Origin: an uncultured delta proteobacterium
GTDB lineage: Bacteria > Myxococcota > Kuafuiibacteriia > Kuafuiibacteriales > Kuafuiibacteriaceae
Direction of reading: 5' to 3'
Assembly: GCA_963803435.1 (NCBI GenBank)
Contig: CAWDML010000008.1
Location: 672,001 to 736,000, forward strand
Length of the DNA stretch: 64,000 nt
How positions within the stretch are numbered: the stretch's first letter is position 1; each line of letters opens with the position of its first letter. The position numbers and the translations under genes are program-made. Under the pieces are notes generated by a model, which searched no databases, was not told the DNA's origin, and saw only the letters and a program-made list of their open reading frames with translations. This document shows, piece by piece, positions 30,335 to 41,438 of this stretch.

Positions 30335-31111
30335 CTAAGGAAGGTCGTCGCAGCGGGTCTTGGAGAAATCGGCCACCGCGTGGGACGCCAGATGATGCGG
30401 CGTTGCGCCCGCGAGTCGCGTCACCTCCTGCGTCAAGTGGGCCTGGTCGAAATAGCCGGCGTCGGATGCCAGCGCCGCGCCGGGACGGCTCGGCGCGTCC
30501 TCGATCTGGTGGAGCGTCGCCTGAAAGCGGACGATGCGGGCGAAGCACTTGGGACCGTAGCCGAGCCAACCACGCATGAGGCGATGCAAGTGCCGCGGGC
30601 TCACGCCACAGCGGGTGGCCACGTTCGAGACCCGGATGCACCCGCGCTCGCGTTCAATCTCGTGCACGGCCCTCGCGACCACATCGGGCACGTGCGCGCT
30701 GCCGATGCGGTCGATGAGAAAGCGCTCGAGCGTGTCGATGTATTGCGCCGGCGTGGACGGAGCGTCCGACGACCCCACCCTCATCTCGAGGCGTCGCCCG
30801 ACGGTCCGATCCGCGGGCACGCCGCTGACGATGACGGCGACCCCCGGCCGCAATCGCACTCCGACCAGCGTCGCGGGCGAGGTGAATCGGCGTTCGTCGG
30901 GTTGGATGAGCGGGCCGCGAAGAAGCCATCCCGAGGTTCGGCCGTCCTCGATCCGGATCGAGATCGCGGTGCTGCCGTCCGGTACGACCCGGAGAATCGC
31001 ACCGCGTTGCGCCTCGATGACCCAGAAGCATCCGACGTACGGACGCAGCAGCTCTGCGGCTTCGCGGAAGCGAATCTCCGCGCCCTCGATCTGCGTGCTC
31101 GAAATGCTCAT
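30335..31111 (-). CDS. AraC family transcriptional regulator (DUF6597-type N-terminus)
   Basis: RVVPDG, VGVRLRPG, GVSPRHLHR, GYFDQAHL. Confidence 0.9.
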   Translation of the reverse strand: MSISSTQIEGAEIRFREAAELLRPYVGCFWVIEAQRGAILRVVPDGSTAISIRIEDGRTSGWLLRGPLIQPDERRFTSPATLVGVRLRPGVAVIVSGVPADRTVGRRLEMRVGSSDAPSTPAQYIDTLERFLIDRIGSAHVPDVVARAVHEIERERGCIRVSNVATRCGVSPRHLHRLMRGWLGYGPKCFARIVRFQATLHQIEDAPSRPGAALASDAGYFDQAHLTQEVTRLAGATPHHLASHAVADFSKTRCDDLP

Positions 31112-31220
31112 CAGCGACAAGTCATCGCACACCGGACGATCGCCTGACGATCCCCTCGGCGCCGGGGCCTCCGCGCCGGGAGAACCCGACTGAGGAGACT
31201 CTCTCGGCGACGCGCTCGAT

Positions 31221-31994
31221 CTATTCGTTCACCGCAGCCCGGAGCTGGTGCGGCTTCATCGCGGCGCCGGGTACGTCGAACACCAGCGGCTTTCGATCCG
31301 TCTTGCCGCCTGCGCCGAGCATGGCTGCGTTGCCGAAGGTGGTGCCGTCGCGCGTCTCGACGCCGTATCCTTCGTGGACGTGCCCGAAGAGGTGGAGGTG
31401 CGGCCTCACCTGCTGGACGCGCTCGCCGAGCGGCCTGCAGCCGACCGACCAGCCTCGCGCCGTCCGATCGAGAACCTCGTACGGTGGACCGTGGGTCACG
31501 AGCACGTCGGTGTCGTCGGGGATGTTCTTCCATACACCGGCCCGCACCACGTCGGAGCGGAGCTCGAACGCGCCGTCCCCGACTCTGGGCACGACCGGCG
31601 ACCCGTAGATCTTCACACCCTCGATCACGACGGCTTCGTCCTTGAGGTAGACGGCGTTCGTCAGCAGCGTCTGTCCCGAGTTGCCCACTCGGCCGAGGAG
31701 CAGGTCGTGGTTCCCGGCGATGACCACCTTGTGGCGGTGCGGGAGCGAGCCCAGCCACGCGTCGAACCTCCGGAGCTCCGATCGATCGGCATCGCGGCTG
31801 AAGTCGCCGGCGTGGATGAAGATGTCGCCGGGTGGGATCGAGATCTGCTCGTGGCGCCCGTGCGTGTCTGAGACGCAGACAATCCGGATCGTCCGACCTT
31901 GGGGCTCGAGCTCGATGACCTCGGCGCGCCCGGGCGGCGGTGCCCGACGGTCGGTCGCGCGCTTCCCAGGAGAGACGGAGCCGGCCCCCAGCAT
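31221..31994 (-). CDS. Metallophosphoesterase (MPPED-like)
   Basis: SDTH, HAGD, AGNHD, THGPP, FGHVHEG. Confidence 0.88.
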   Translation of the reverse strand: MLGAGSVSPGKRATDRRAPPPGRAEVIELEPQGRTIRIVCVSDTHGRHEQISIPPGDIFIHAGDFSRDADRSELRRFDAWLGSLPHRHKVVIAGNHDLLLGRVGNSGQTLLTNAVYLKDEAVVIEGVKIYGSPVVPRVGDGAFELRSDVVRAGVWKNIPDDTDVLVTHGPPYEVLDRTARGWSVGCRPLGERVQQVRPHLHLFGHVHEGYGVETRDGTTFGNAAMLGAGGKTDRKPLVFDVPGAAMKPHQLRAAVNE

Positions 31995-32104
31995 GCGAGG
32001 TTATCGGCGGCCGCACGCGCCAGGTTGACCGTTGGGCGCGGGTCCCGGTGCCAATTCCTGGGCAGATCCTCCCGATCTCGGGCCCGACACCCCGACCGCG
32101 GGCG

Positions 32105-32656
32105 CTACCTCGGTGGAGAGAGCGATCCGAGCTCATCGCTCGGCGGGGGGACGGAGAGCTGGCCCGTGCGCTTCGGTGCGTCCTCGGCGTACGCGATGAC
32201 GCGATCCCTCAGCAGTAGATCGATCTCGGCCCGTAGGTCGGCTTCCACGGCGGGGATGTGCTTTCGCAGCGCGCGATGCGTGAAGTACATCGGCACCAGC
32301 GGCAGCGTCAGCGGAACGAGCCAGCGAAGGATGCTGCCGAGTCCCGTCGTGAGCGGCGAGAGCGCGACCATTCCGATCACCAGGGCGATCGACGCGTACG
32401 GCAGGACGAACCGCGTCGACCAGGAGAGCGCGACCGTCGACTCGCTCCGCCCGCGCACTCTCCGAACGAAAGAAAGGTGTGCGCCGAATCCGAGCGGCCG
32501 GATCGATCGTCGTCCTCGGCGCTCGAAACCCGCCCGCACCGCCGCCTCTTCGAGCAGCGCCTCGATCTCCTGTTTCGTGCCGTGCAGGCGCAGCTCGCGG
32601 CAGTGCTCCCGCACCAGAGAGAAGTTCGAGCTCGGGACCGTCAGCTCACGCCCCAT
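32105..32656 (-). CDS. Hypothetical membrane protein
   Basis: Two hydrophobic segments; no recognised motif. Confidence 0.5.
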   Translation of the reverse strand: MGRELTVPSSNFSLVREHCRELRLHGTKQEIEALLEEAAVRAGFERRGRRSIRPLGFGAHLSFVRRVRGRSESTVALSWSTRFVLPYASIALVIGMVALSPLTTGLGSILRWLVPLTLPLVPMYFTHRALRKHIPAVEADLRAEIDLLLRDRVIAYAEDAPKRTGQLSVPPPSDELGSLSPPR

Positions 32657-32815
32657 CGAGGATGAAGCGAGGATAGCACGGGCGGCGGACGGGCCGGATG
32701 CGCGGGCGCCGCCCGGCCGTTGTGCCCGATCGCGAATCGACGATGTGGCTGGCTGGTTCACATCCGCTCACGGGGTGAGCCCATTCGAGCAACCCGATCC
32801 TCTGGATGACCGAAG

Positions 32816-33803
32816 ATGGGCACGATGGTGAGGCCGACGACCGCCACGGGTGCTCCGCCCGAACCGTGGAGCTACGCATCGCCCGTGCTCCCGGAGAGCG
32901 GCCCGGCAGTCGACCGCGACCTCAATCGGTACGCGCGCGGGGCGGGTCGGGGGGCGCCGCGGAGGATCAGCGACGTCCCCGGGCTGGTGAGCGCGACCGC
33001 TGAGTTCTGGCCGCTCTACCACGCCGCGCTCCGCGGCGAGGAGATCCTCCCGCCGGGCGCGCGCGACCACGCCTATCTCGCGGTGCAGGGCCTCTTCGGC
33101 AACCAATGGTCGAAGTCGAGTTTGATGAGATACATGGGCGCAAGCCTGGGCGCGCTCCAGTCGCTCGATGCGAAGGCCGGCTTCGCCTCCATCGACACCG
33201 AGGCTCGCCTGGCGTCGAACATCCCGCGGCTCGAGGGCGACATCCTGGCCGCAGCCGAGCGCGCACCCTCGGGGATGGTGATCCCGCTGGCCCACAGCAT
33301 GGGCGTGCCGCTCAGCCTGGCGACGCTGGCGCTCCGCCCCGAGGCGAAGTCGAGGGTCGCGGGACTGATCGCGATGCAGGGCGCCGTCGAAGGATCGCTG
33401 CTGGCCGAGAGCTGGGCGATGAGGAACGTCGTCGGACGCGCCTTGATGGCCCGCTTCCACGGCGATCTCGGGTACCATCGACGACCTCAAGCCCGGCGCG
33501 CTGGCAGCGCTGCTCGACGGCGCGCCCCTCCCCACCGACGTGCCCACGGTCTCGCTGGTCACCAGCACCCGGAGCCTGGTGTCCCCGCTCGCGCCCACCG
33601 CGATCTACCTCGGCCTCGCTCGCGGCCGGTCGTCCGACGCCGCGGTGCCCTATCGCTCCCAGGCCGTACCGTACTCCGACGTGGTCTCGATCCGCGGCCT
33701 CGACCACGGACAGACCACCATGGCAGGGCCCTTCGGAAAGATCGATCAGCGCGCCCTGACGTTGGCGCTGACGGCCCTGGTGCTCCGGAAGATGGAGCGA
33801 TAG
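32816..33803 (+). CDS. Alpha/beta hydrolase (lipase/acyltransferase-like), frameshift near 33475
   Basis: VQGLFG oxyanion loop, AHSMG nucleophile, then SDAAVP and GLDH in the second frame. Confidence 0.7.
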
Positions 33804-33900
33804 CCGCGGCGGTTCGAGCTTCACCGGTCCCCCCGGCGTTGATGTTTGGGCTGCCTCCGCCTCGATCTCGATCCACGTCTGATGGTACCGAGCGACTGAG

Positions 33901-35320
<1,420 letters not shown>

Positions 35321-35337
<17 letters not shown>

Positions 35338-37810
35338 CCTGCTCCTGCTGGGCCTGGCCGCCTGCGCCCCGATCGACGCCGGCGAGCTCGGCCAGTGCGG
35401 GAACAACGTGGTCGAGCCTGCCGCCGGCGAGGACTGCGATCTGATCGCCAATCCGGCGCTCGGCGACGGTCTGGTCTGCGGACCTCCGGACGGGACTCCG
35501 AGCGCCTGCCGCTACCTGTGCTCGGGCGGCGCGCGCTGCCCCGAGGGCTGGGCCTGCTTCGCCGATGGCCTCTGCCGTTACCCGAGCACCACGTTCGTCG
35601 CCGAGGAGGAGCCGCGGGCGATCCTGCGCGTCGATCAGCTCGAGGTGGCGCGCTTCTCGAGCGGGGGCGCCGAGCCGGTCGCGCGTCTGGGCGCCGACCT
35701 CTTCTTCCCGCAGCGCGGCTTCCAGCTCTCGATCGCCGGTGCGGACGGTGCGCTCGCCGTGGTGGGCAGCACGGACGAGTCCCAGCCCCCACTGGTGGCG
35801 CTCTCGGCCCTCGCGCCCGACGGCGTGCTCGCGCTCCACGTGCTGGGCCACGACGGCGATCGGTTCGTGACGCGCGCGACGCCCGGTACGCCCACGGCCG
35901 CGATCGCGATTGCTCCCGTTCGCACCACGACGAGCGGGATCGACGCCCTGGTCCGGGTGGTCCGGAGCGCCGACGGCGTCCTCACCGCGGTGCTCGACGC
36001 CGATGGCTGTCCCTCCGACTTCACGCTGTCGATCGCCCAGGACGAGCCGGAGCCGCGGAGGCCTGTCTTCGGCTGGTCCCGTCGCGGCGGACAGCTCCGC
36101 GCCGAGCTCGCGTTCGCCTTCGCCGGCTCTAGGCGCGTCCTGGTGGCGGAGGTGGACGGGTGCACGATGGCCGCCGCCGCCGAGCTGACCGCGCCCGCGC
36201 CAATCGAGCGCGCCGGCGTCAATCTGCTCGACCTCGATCGCGACGGGGCGCTCGAGCTGGTGGCCTACCTCGAGGGCTCCGAGGTCGCGGTGGCGCACGC
36301 CACGCCCGCGGGCTTCGGCCCCTTCGCCGTCGACACCGCGTTCGAGGCGTTCGACGATCTCCCCGACGATCAACCGCGCGAGTGCGATGGCGAGCGCTTC
36401 GTCCTGGCGGCCGGCGACCTCGACGGCGACGATCTCCCCGACTTCGTCACCGAGGACGCGATCTTCGTCTCGGCGGGCATGCCCGGCTCGTACCGGCGCG
36501 CCTTCGTCCGCGACCGCGGCGATGCCTGGGCCGAGGCCGTGGTGGGCGACTTCGACGGCGACGGGCACGCCGACGTGGTGGTGAGCATCCGCTCGCGTGC
36601 GGTCGACTGCGACCCGACCGAGCTCGAGCTCTACCGCGGCTCGGCTGCCGGCGATCTCCGCGGCCGCCTGCTCGGCGGCGTCTCGGGGCCCGAGCTGCTC
36701 CGTACCGGCGACTTCGACGGCGACGGGCTCCTCGACCTGGCCGCCACCGAGCGCGCCGTGGACGAGGGGCGCCGGGTCTCCGTCTTCTACGGCGACCGGA
36801 GCGCCCCGCTCGACGACCGCACCTCGGCCGGCGGCTTCGACGAGGTGGCCGAGCTGGTTTCGTACGTCGGGCCGGAGCGCGCGCTCAACCCGGATCGCAT
36901 CTTTGATCTGCGGGTGGTCTCGAACGCGCCGGGGAGGGTCGAGACCGCGCTGCACGGCGATGCGGCGCGCACGCTCGTCTCGCCGATCACGATCGCGGGC
37001 GGCTCCGGCCCGGCCAGCCTGCTCGCGGGCCCGCTGCTCGGCGGCGACGATCGCTTCGACCTCTTGGTGCTCCGCGAGGGAGGAGGCGTCGCGCTCGCCG
37101 GCGGTGATCTGGCCCGGGCGACCGATCCGCTCCCTGTGGACGGCCTTCCCGCCGTGTTCCGGCCCGCCTGCGCGGACTTCGCGGTCTCCCAGGACGACGA
37201 GGGCGCGTTCTTTGCCATCGACGGCCACCTCGCGACCAACCCGGCGGTGCTCGATCGGCTCAGCTTTCCCGAGTGCGATCACCTCGGCGTCCCCTCCACG
37301 ACGTTCGCCGGCCGGGCAGTCACGGACGGCGGCGCGGTGCACCTGACCGGCGCCGCGCGCACCCTGGACGGCGAGGGCCGCGTACCCCAGAGCGCCCTGT
37401 TGCTCGATCTTGATCGCGACGGCCGCGAGGATGCGCTGGTGCTGTTCGCGTACCAAGGGCGCACGCGCCGCGGCCTGCTGCAGCTCCTCCCCGATGTCTC
37501 CGCCGGCGAGCGGGCCCCGGTGCGGCTCCTGGAGTCGGAGGACGTCCTGGGGATCGCATCGATCGGCGCGGACCGCGACGATGATCGCGAGGTGGCGGTG
37601 ATGACGACCTCCGGCATCCGCATCCTCGACTACGACGACGACCTCGAGCAGATCGTGGCCTCGCCGGTGGTGGTCCCGATCCCGGACTTCGAGCCCGAGG
37701 ACGGGCCCTACGCGCTCCGCGCCGCCGACATGAACGACGACGGCCTCGATGATCTGATCCTCCTGTACGGACAAGGCCTGTTCGTCTTCCCCGCGATCCC
37801 GAGCCCCTGA
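35321..37810 (+). CDS. FG-GAP/VCBS repeat lipoprotein
   Basis: Lipobox LAAC, CGN.VVE...EDCD Cys-rich repeat, many GDFDGDG..D repeats. Confidence 0.85.
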
Positions 37811-37812
37811 CC

Positions 37813-38997
37813 ATGCACGCGATCGTCGCCCTCACCCTGAGCCTCGCGGTGACCGCACCGACGGCCGACCAAGAGGAGGAGGCGAGAAAGCTGTTCGACG
37901 CCGGCGGCGCCGCCTATGCGCACGCGCGCTACGCCGACGCCGCGCGCGCCCTCGGGGCCGCCTATCGCCTGCTGCCGCGGCCGGCCATCGCGTTCTCCTG
38001 GGCGCAGGCGCTCCGGCGCCAGTACTTCGTCGACCGCGATCGCAGGACGCTCGATCGCGCCATCGCGCTCTTCGAGCGGTACCTCGAGGAGGTGCCGGAG
38101 GGCCACCGCCGGGAGGACGCGATCAATCAGCTGCAATCGCTGGTGCCGCTCCGGGCCCGGCTGGTCGAGCGGAGACCGACCGCCCCTCCGCCGCCGGAGC
38201 CCGAGCCCACGCCCACGCCCGAGCCCGAGCCCGAGCGGACCGAGCTGATGATCTATACGGCGGTCGCCACCGCCTCCGTCTCCATCGACGGCGCGCGCGC
38301 CCCGGGCTCCGGCGCCATCGTGGAGGTCGCGCCCGGCCCGCACGCGGTGAAGGTCGAGGCCCCCGGCTATTACGACGAGACCCGGAGCGCGGTCGCCCAT
38401 GCGGGCCGGCTCATCCCCATCGAGGTGCCGCTCCGGGCCAAGCCGGCCCTCGTCAGCGTGGACGGCCCCGAAGGCGCGGAGGTCTTCCTCGACGGCGAGC
38501 GCGTGCGGGCGCTCCCGCTCGAGGCGCCGCTCGAGGTCGCCGCCGGCGCGCATCGACTCGCGGTGCAGCAGGATGGCTCGATCCCGTTCCGGACGGAGCT
38601 CCGGGTGTCGCGGGACGGCCGGGCCCGGATCGTCGCCGAGCTCCCCTCGACCGCGCAGCGTCGCGCCGCCGTCGCCACGCTGGGGGCGGCCGCCGCTCTG
38701 GGTGCCGCCGCGCTGGTCACCGGCGCGCTCGCGCTCCACTTCGAGGTGCGCGCCGCCGGCATCGACGATCTCCGCGGTGAGGAGAACATCGACAGCGAGA
38801 CGCTCGAGGGCGAGCAGAGCGATCTGGCGCGTCGCGACGCCCTCCGCACGGCTGCGATCGCCACGCTCACCGGCGCCGCCGCCGCGGGCGGGATCGGCCT
38901 CCTCCTCTACCTGTTCGACACGCCGGCGCCGCCCGTGGGGCTGCTCCCGCTGGAGGACGGCGCGCTCCTCACCTTCGGCGGCCGCTTCAGCCCTTGA
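37813..38997 (+). CDS. TPR plus PEGA domain protein
   Basis: Signal peptide, TPR-like helices, GAEVFLDG and VAPGPH PEGA repeats, C-terminal hydrophobic segments. Confidence 0.8.
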   Translation: MHAIVALTLSLAVTAPTADQEEEARKLFDAGGAAYAHARYADAARALGAAYRLLPRPAIAFSWAQALRRQYFVDRDRRTLDRAIALFERYLEEVPEGHRREDAINQLQSLVPLRARLVERRPTAPPPPEPEPTPTPEPEPERTELMIYTAVATASVSIDGARAPGSGAIVEVAPGPHAVKVEAPGYYDETRSAVAHAGRLIPIEVPLRAKPALVSVDGPEGAEVFLDGERVRALPLEAPLEVAAGAHRLAVQQDGSIPFRTELRVSRDGRARIVAELPSTAQRRAAVATLGAAAALGAAALVTGALALHFEVRAAGIDDLRGEENIDSETLEGEQSDLARRDALRTAAIATLTGAAAAGGIGLLLYLFDTPAPPVGLLPLEDGALLTFGGRFSP

Positions 38998-39547
38998 GGG
39001 CGCGCGCCAGCCACGCCTTCGCGATCCGCCAATCCCGTCGGACCGTGGGGACCGAGACGCCTAGCGCCTCGGCAATCTCCTCGTGGGTGAGCCCGCCGAA
39101 GAACCGGCACTCCACGACCTTCGCCTGGCGCGCGTCGAGCGCGGCCAGCTCGGCCAGCGCCCGGTCGAGCGCGAGGAGCTCCTCGCTCTTCATCTGTTGC
39201 CCCATGACGGCGTCGTCGAGCGTGACCCGGACGCCGCCGCCGCCGCGCTTCTCGGCGCGCCGCGCCTCCGCGTGGTGAACGAGGACCCGCCGCATCGCCA
39301 GCGCCGCCACCGCGAGGAAGTGGGCGCGGTTCCTCCACTCCACCCGATCCTGTCGCACCAGCACCAGGTAGGCCTCGTTGACCAGGGCGGTGGCGCTCAA
39401 GGTGTGATCGGCGCGCTCGCGCCCCATTCGCCGGCCGGCGATCGCCAGGAGCTCCTGGTACAGCAAGGGCAGCAGGCGGTCGACCGCCCCCCGATCGCCC
39501 GCCTCGACCGCGGCCAGCATCGCGGTGATCTCGTCCGCGTCCGACAC
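38987..39547 (-). CDS. ECF sigma factor of the kinase-associated type
   Basis: HTLSATALVNEAYL, AMRRVLV, VVECRFFGGL, TVRRDWRIAKAWL. Confidence 0.9.
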   Translation of the reverse strand: MSDADEITAMLAAVEAGDRGAVDRLLPLLYQELLAIAGRRMGRERADHTLSATALVNEAYLVLVRQDRVEWRNRAHFLAVAALAMRRVLVHHAEARRAEKRGGGGVRVTLDDAVMGQQMKSEELLALDRALAELAALDARQAKVVECRFFGGLTHEEIAEALGVSVPTVRRDWRIAKAWLARALKG

Positions 39548-39584
39548 GCCCTGATGGTAGCCCAGGGACCGGGCGTGGGCGGGG

Positions 39585-39635
39585 TCACGAAAAAAAGTCT
39601 GATCACTTTCTCCGCGGCTTCCGGCGTTCACGGAC
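39585..39635 (+). promoter_or_regulatory. Putative ECF-type promoter for the cytolysin-like gene
   Basis: A7 tract, TGATCAC, 18 nt, CGTT, then ATG 7 nt later; inferred from generic ECF promoter shape. Confidence 0.35.
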
Positions 39636-41438
39636 ATGAAGAAGATCCTGATCCCCTTCCTCACTGCCCTGTGGGCCTGCGGCGGCGGCGTGCCGCCCGC
39701 GAGCGAGGTCCAGTCGTACCTCGAGGCTCTCCCCTCGTGGCCCGCTCCGGAGGCCGACGCCGACGGTCCCAGCGGCGAGCCCTTCGCCTTCGACGAGGTC
39801 GACGAGGGCGTGCTCTACACCTGCACCGAGACCCCGTACGACATCACCCGCACCCCGGAGAAGCTCGTCACCTACAACCCCGGCGCCGACGTCTTCTGGC
39901 CGGGCGTCCTGCTCCAGGGGCGCGGCTACCGCGGGGGCGCGGGCTCGTTCGTCGAGCTCCCCATCCGCAAGCGCGCGCCGCTGGCCGTTTCGATCGATCT
40001 CCTCTTCGGCGGCAACACGCGCACCGTGGAGCGACCCGACCTGGCGTCGGTGAACCAGGCTGTCGGCGAGATCATCGAGTCGGCGCGCGACGCGCACATC
40101 GAGCCTCAGAGCAGCGTGGTGTTCGACGAGGTGGTCAGCCACTCCGTGGAGCAGACCGCGATCTCGCTGGGGCTCTCGGCGCGGTACCTGAGCTTCTCCG
40201 CCAAGGCCCGGCTGGCCGCCTCCCGGGAGGCGAACCGCACCACGATCACCGCTAGCTTCACGCAGCGCGCCTTCACGGTCTCGGTGGTACCGCCCGAGAC
40301 CCCGGCCGGCTTCTTCTCGCCCGACTTCACGCGCGCCGACCTCGACCAGCAGATCGCGCTCGATCGGCTCGGCCCCGACAACCTCCCGGTCTACCTGGCC
40401 AGCGTCAGCTACGGCCGCGTGCTCCTCTTCTCGTTCACCGCCGAGGCCACCAAGAGCGAGATCGTGGGCGCCCTCAACGTCATGGCCGACACGCTGGTCG
40501 CGAGCGGGAGCGTCGATCTCAGCGCGCGGCAGCGCGAGATCCTGAGCAGCGCCGAGATCTCGGTCTTCACCATGGGCGGCGACGACGACGCCGCGTTGGC
40601 GCTGATCCGGAGCGGCGATCTTCGCGACTACTTCGCAAAGGACACCACCATCACTGCCTTCGCGCCGATCTCCTACGTGCTGCGGAACGTGGGCGACAAC
40701 AGCATCGCGCTGGTCAGCGAGACCACCGAGTACACCGTGAAGTCCTGCGCGGCCTCGACGGCGGGCGAGATCCCCGAGGAGGGCCTGCGGGTCGAGTATC
40801 TCTTCAATGAGTCCGAGCGCATCCCCGGGAACCCGGGCGCGACGCCCAACAGCGCGCCCACCGGCTCGAGCCTCGATGGCGTCATCGAGAACGGCTGCCG
40901 CGTCAGCCCCACGGCGGATCGCTTCGGCTACGCGGACCAGGCCTACGACTTCTTCGGCGCCAGCGGCTGCAGCTCCGCCGAGCCCAGCCTGATCTCGGTC
41001 GAGGCGGCCGGCTACACCGACGCGCTCACGTTCGCGCTCTGGGTGACGCCGGGCGTGAACGGCGGGTTCCTGCTGGGCCAGTCGTCCGGCCCCCACCTGG
41101 AGATGAACCCCGACCGCGTCGTCTCCTTCGTGGTGCCGAACGGTCCGACCCTCAGTGACGGTGTCCCCCTCGAGGACAGCGAGTGGACCTTCTTCGCCGC
41201 GACCGCCGAGCCGACCGCCGACGGCGTCCGCATGGTTCTCTATCGCGACGGTCTCGAGGTCGCGCGGGAGACCGGGGAAGCGCTCGGCGTCGATTGGCTC
41301 GCGCCGACCCTGATCGGAAATGCCCGCCGCTCTGGCCGCGACCACGACTTCCAGGGCAAGCTCGACGACATTCGCGTCTACGACCGCGCCCTCACCGCGG
41401 ACGAGCTCGCCATCCTGAACGCCGAGGCTTCCCGATGA
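39636..41438 (+). CDS. Thiol-activated/cholesterol-dependent-cytolysin-like lipoprotein with C-terminal LamG domain
   Basis: Lipobox LWAC; FWPGVLLQG, PVYLASVSYGR, GG hinge, PISYVLR; LamG end FQGKLDDIRVYDRALT. Confidence 0.85.
   Translation: MKKILIPFLTALWACGGGVPPASEVQSYLEALPSWPAPEADADGPSGEPFAFDEVDEGVLYTCTETPYDITRTPEKLVTYNPGADVFWPGVLLQGRGYRGGAGSFVELPIRKRAPLAVSIDLLFGGNTRTVERPDLASVNQAVGEIIESARDAHIEPQSSVVFDEVVSHSVEQTAISLGLSARYLSFSAKARLAASREANRTTITASFTQRAFTVSVVPPETPAGFFSPDFTRADLDQQIALDRLGPDNLPVYLASVSYGRVLLFSFTAEATKSEIVGALNVMADTLVASGSVDLSARQREILSSAEISVFTMGGDDDAALALIRSGDLRDYFAKDTTITAFAPISYVLRNVGDNSIALVSETTEYTVKSCAASTAGEIPEEGLRVEYLFNESERIPGNPGATPNSAPTGSSLDGVIENGCRVSPTADRFGYADQAYDFFGASGCSSAEPSLISVEAAGYTDALTFALWVTPGVNGGFLLGQSSGPHLEMNPDRVVSFVVPNGPTLSDGVPLEDSEWTFFAATAEPTADGVRMVLYRDGLEVARETGEALGVDWLAPTLIGNARRSGRDHDFQGKLDDIRVYDRALTADELAILNAEASR

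Noticed and set aside
38180-38240. Short tandem GAGCCC/ACGCCC repeats
   Set aside because: They encode a Pro-Glu/Pro-Thr linker; not a CRISPR array or mobile repeat.
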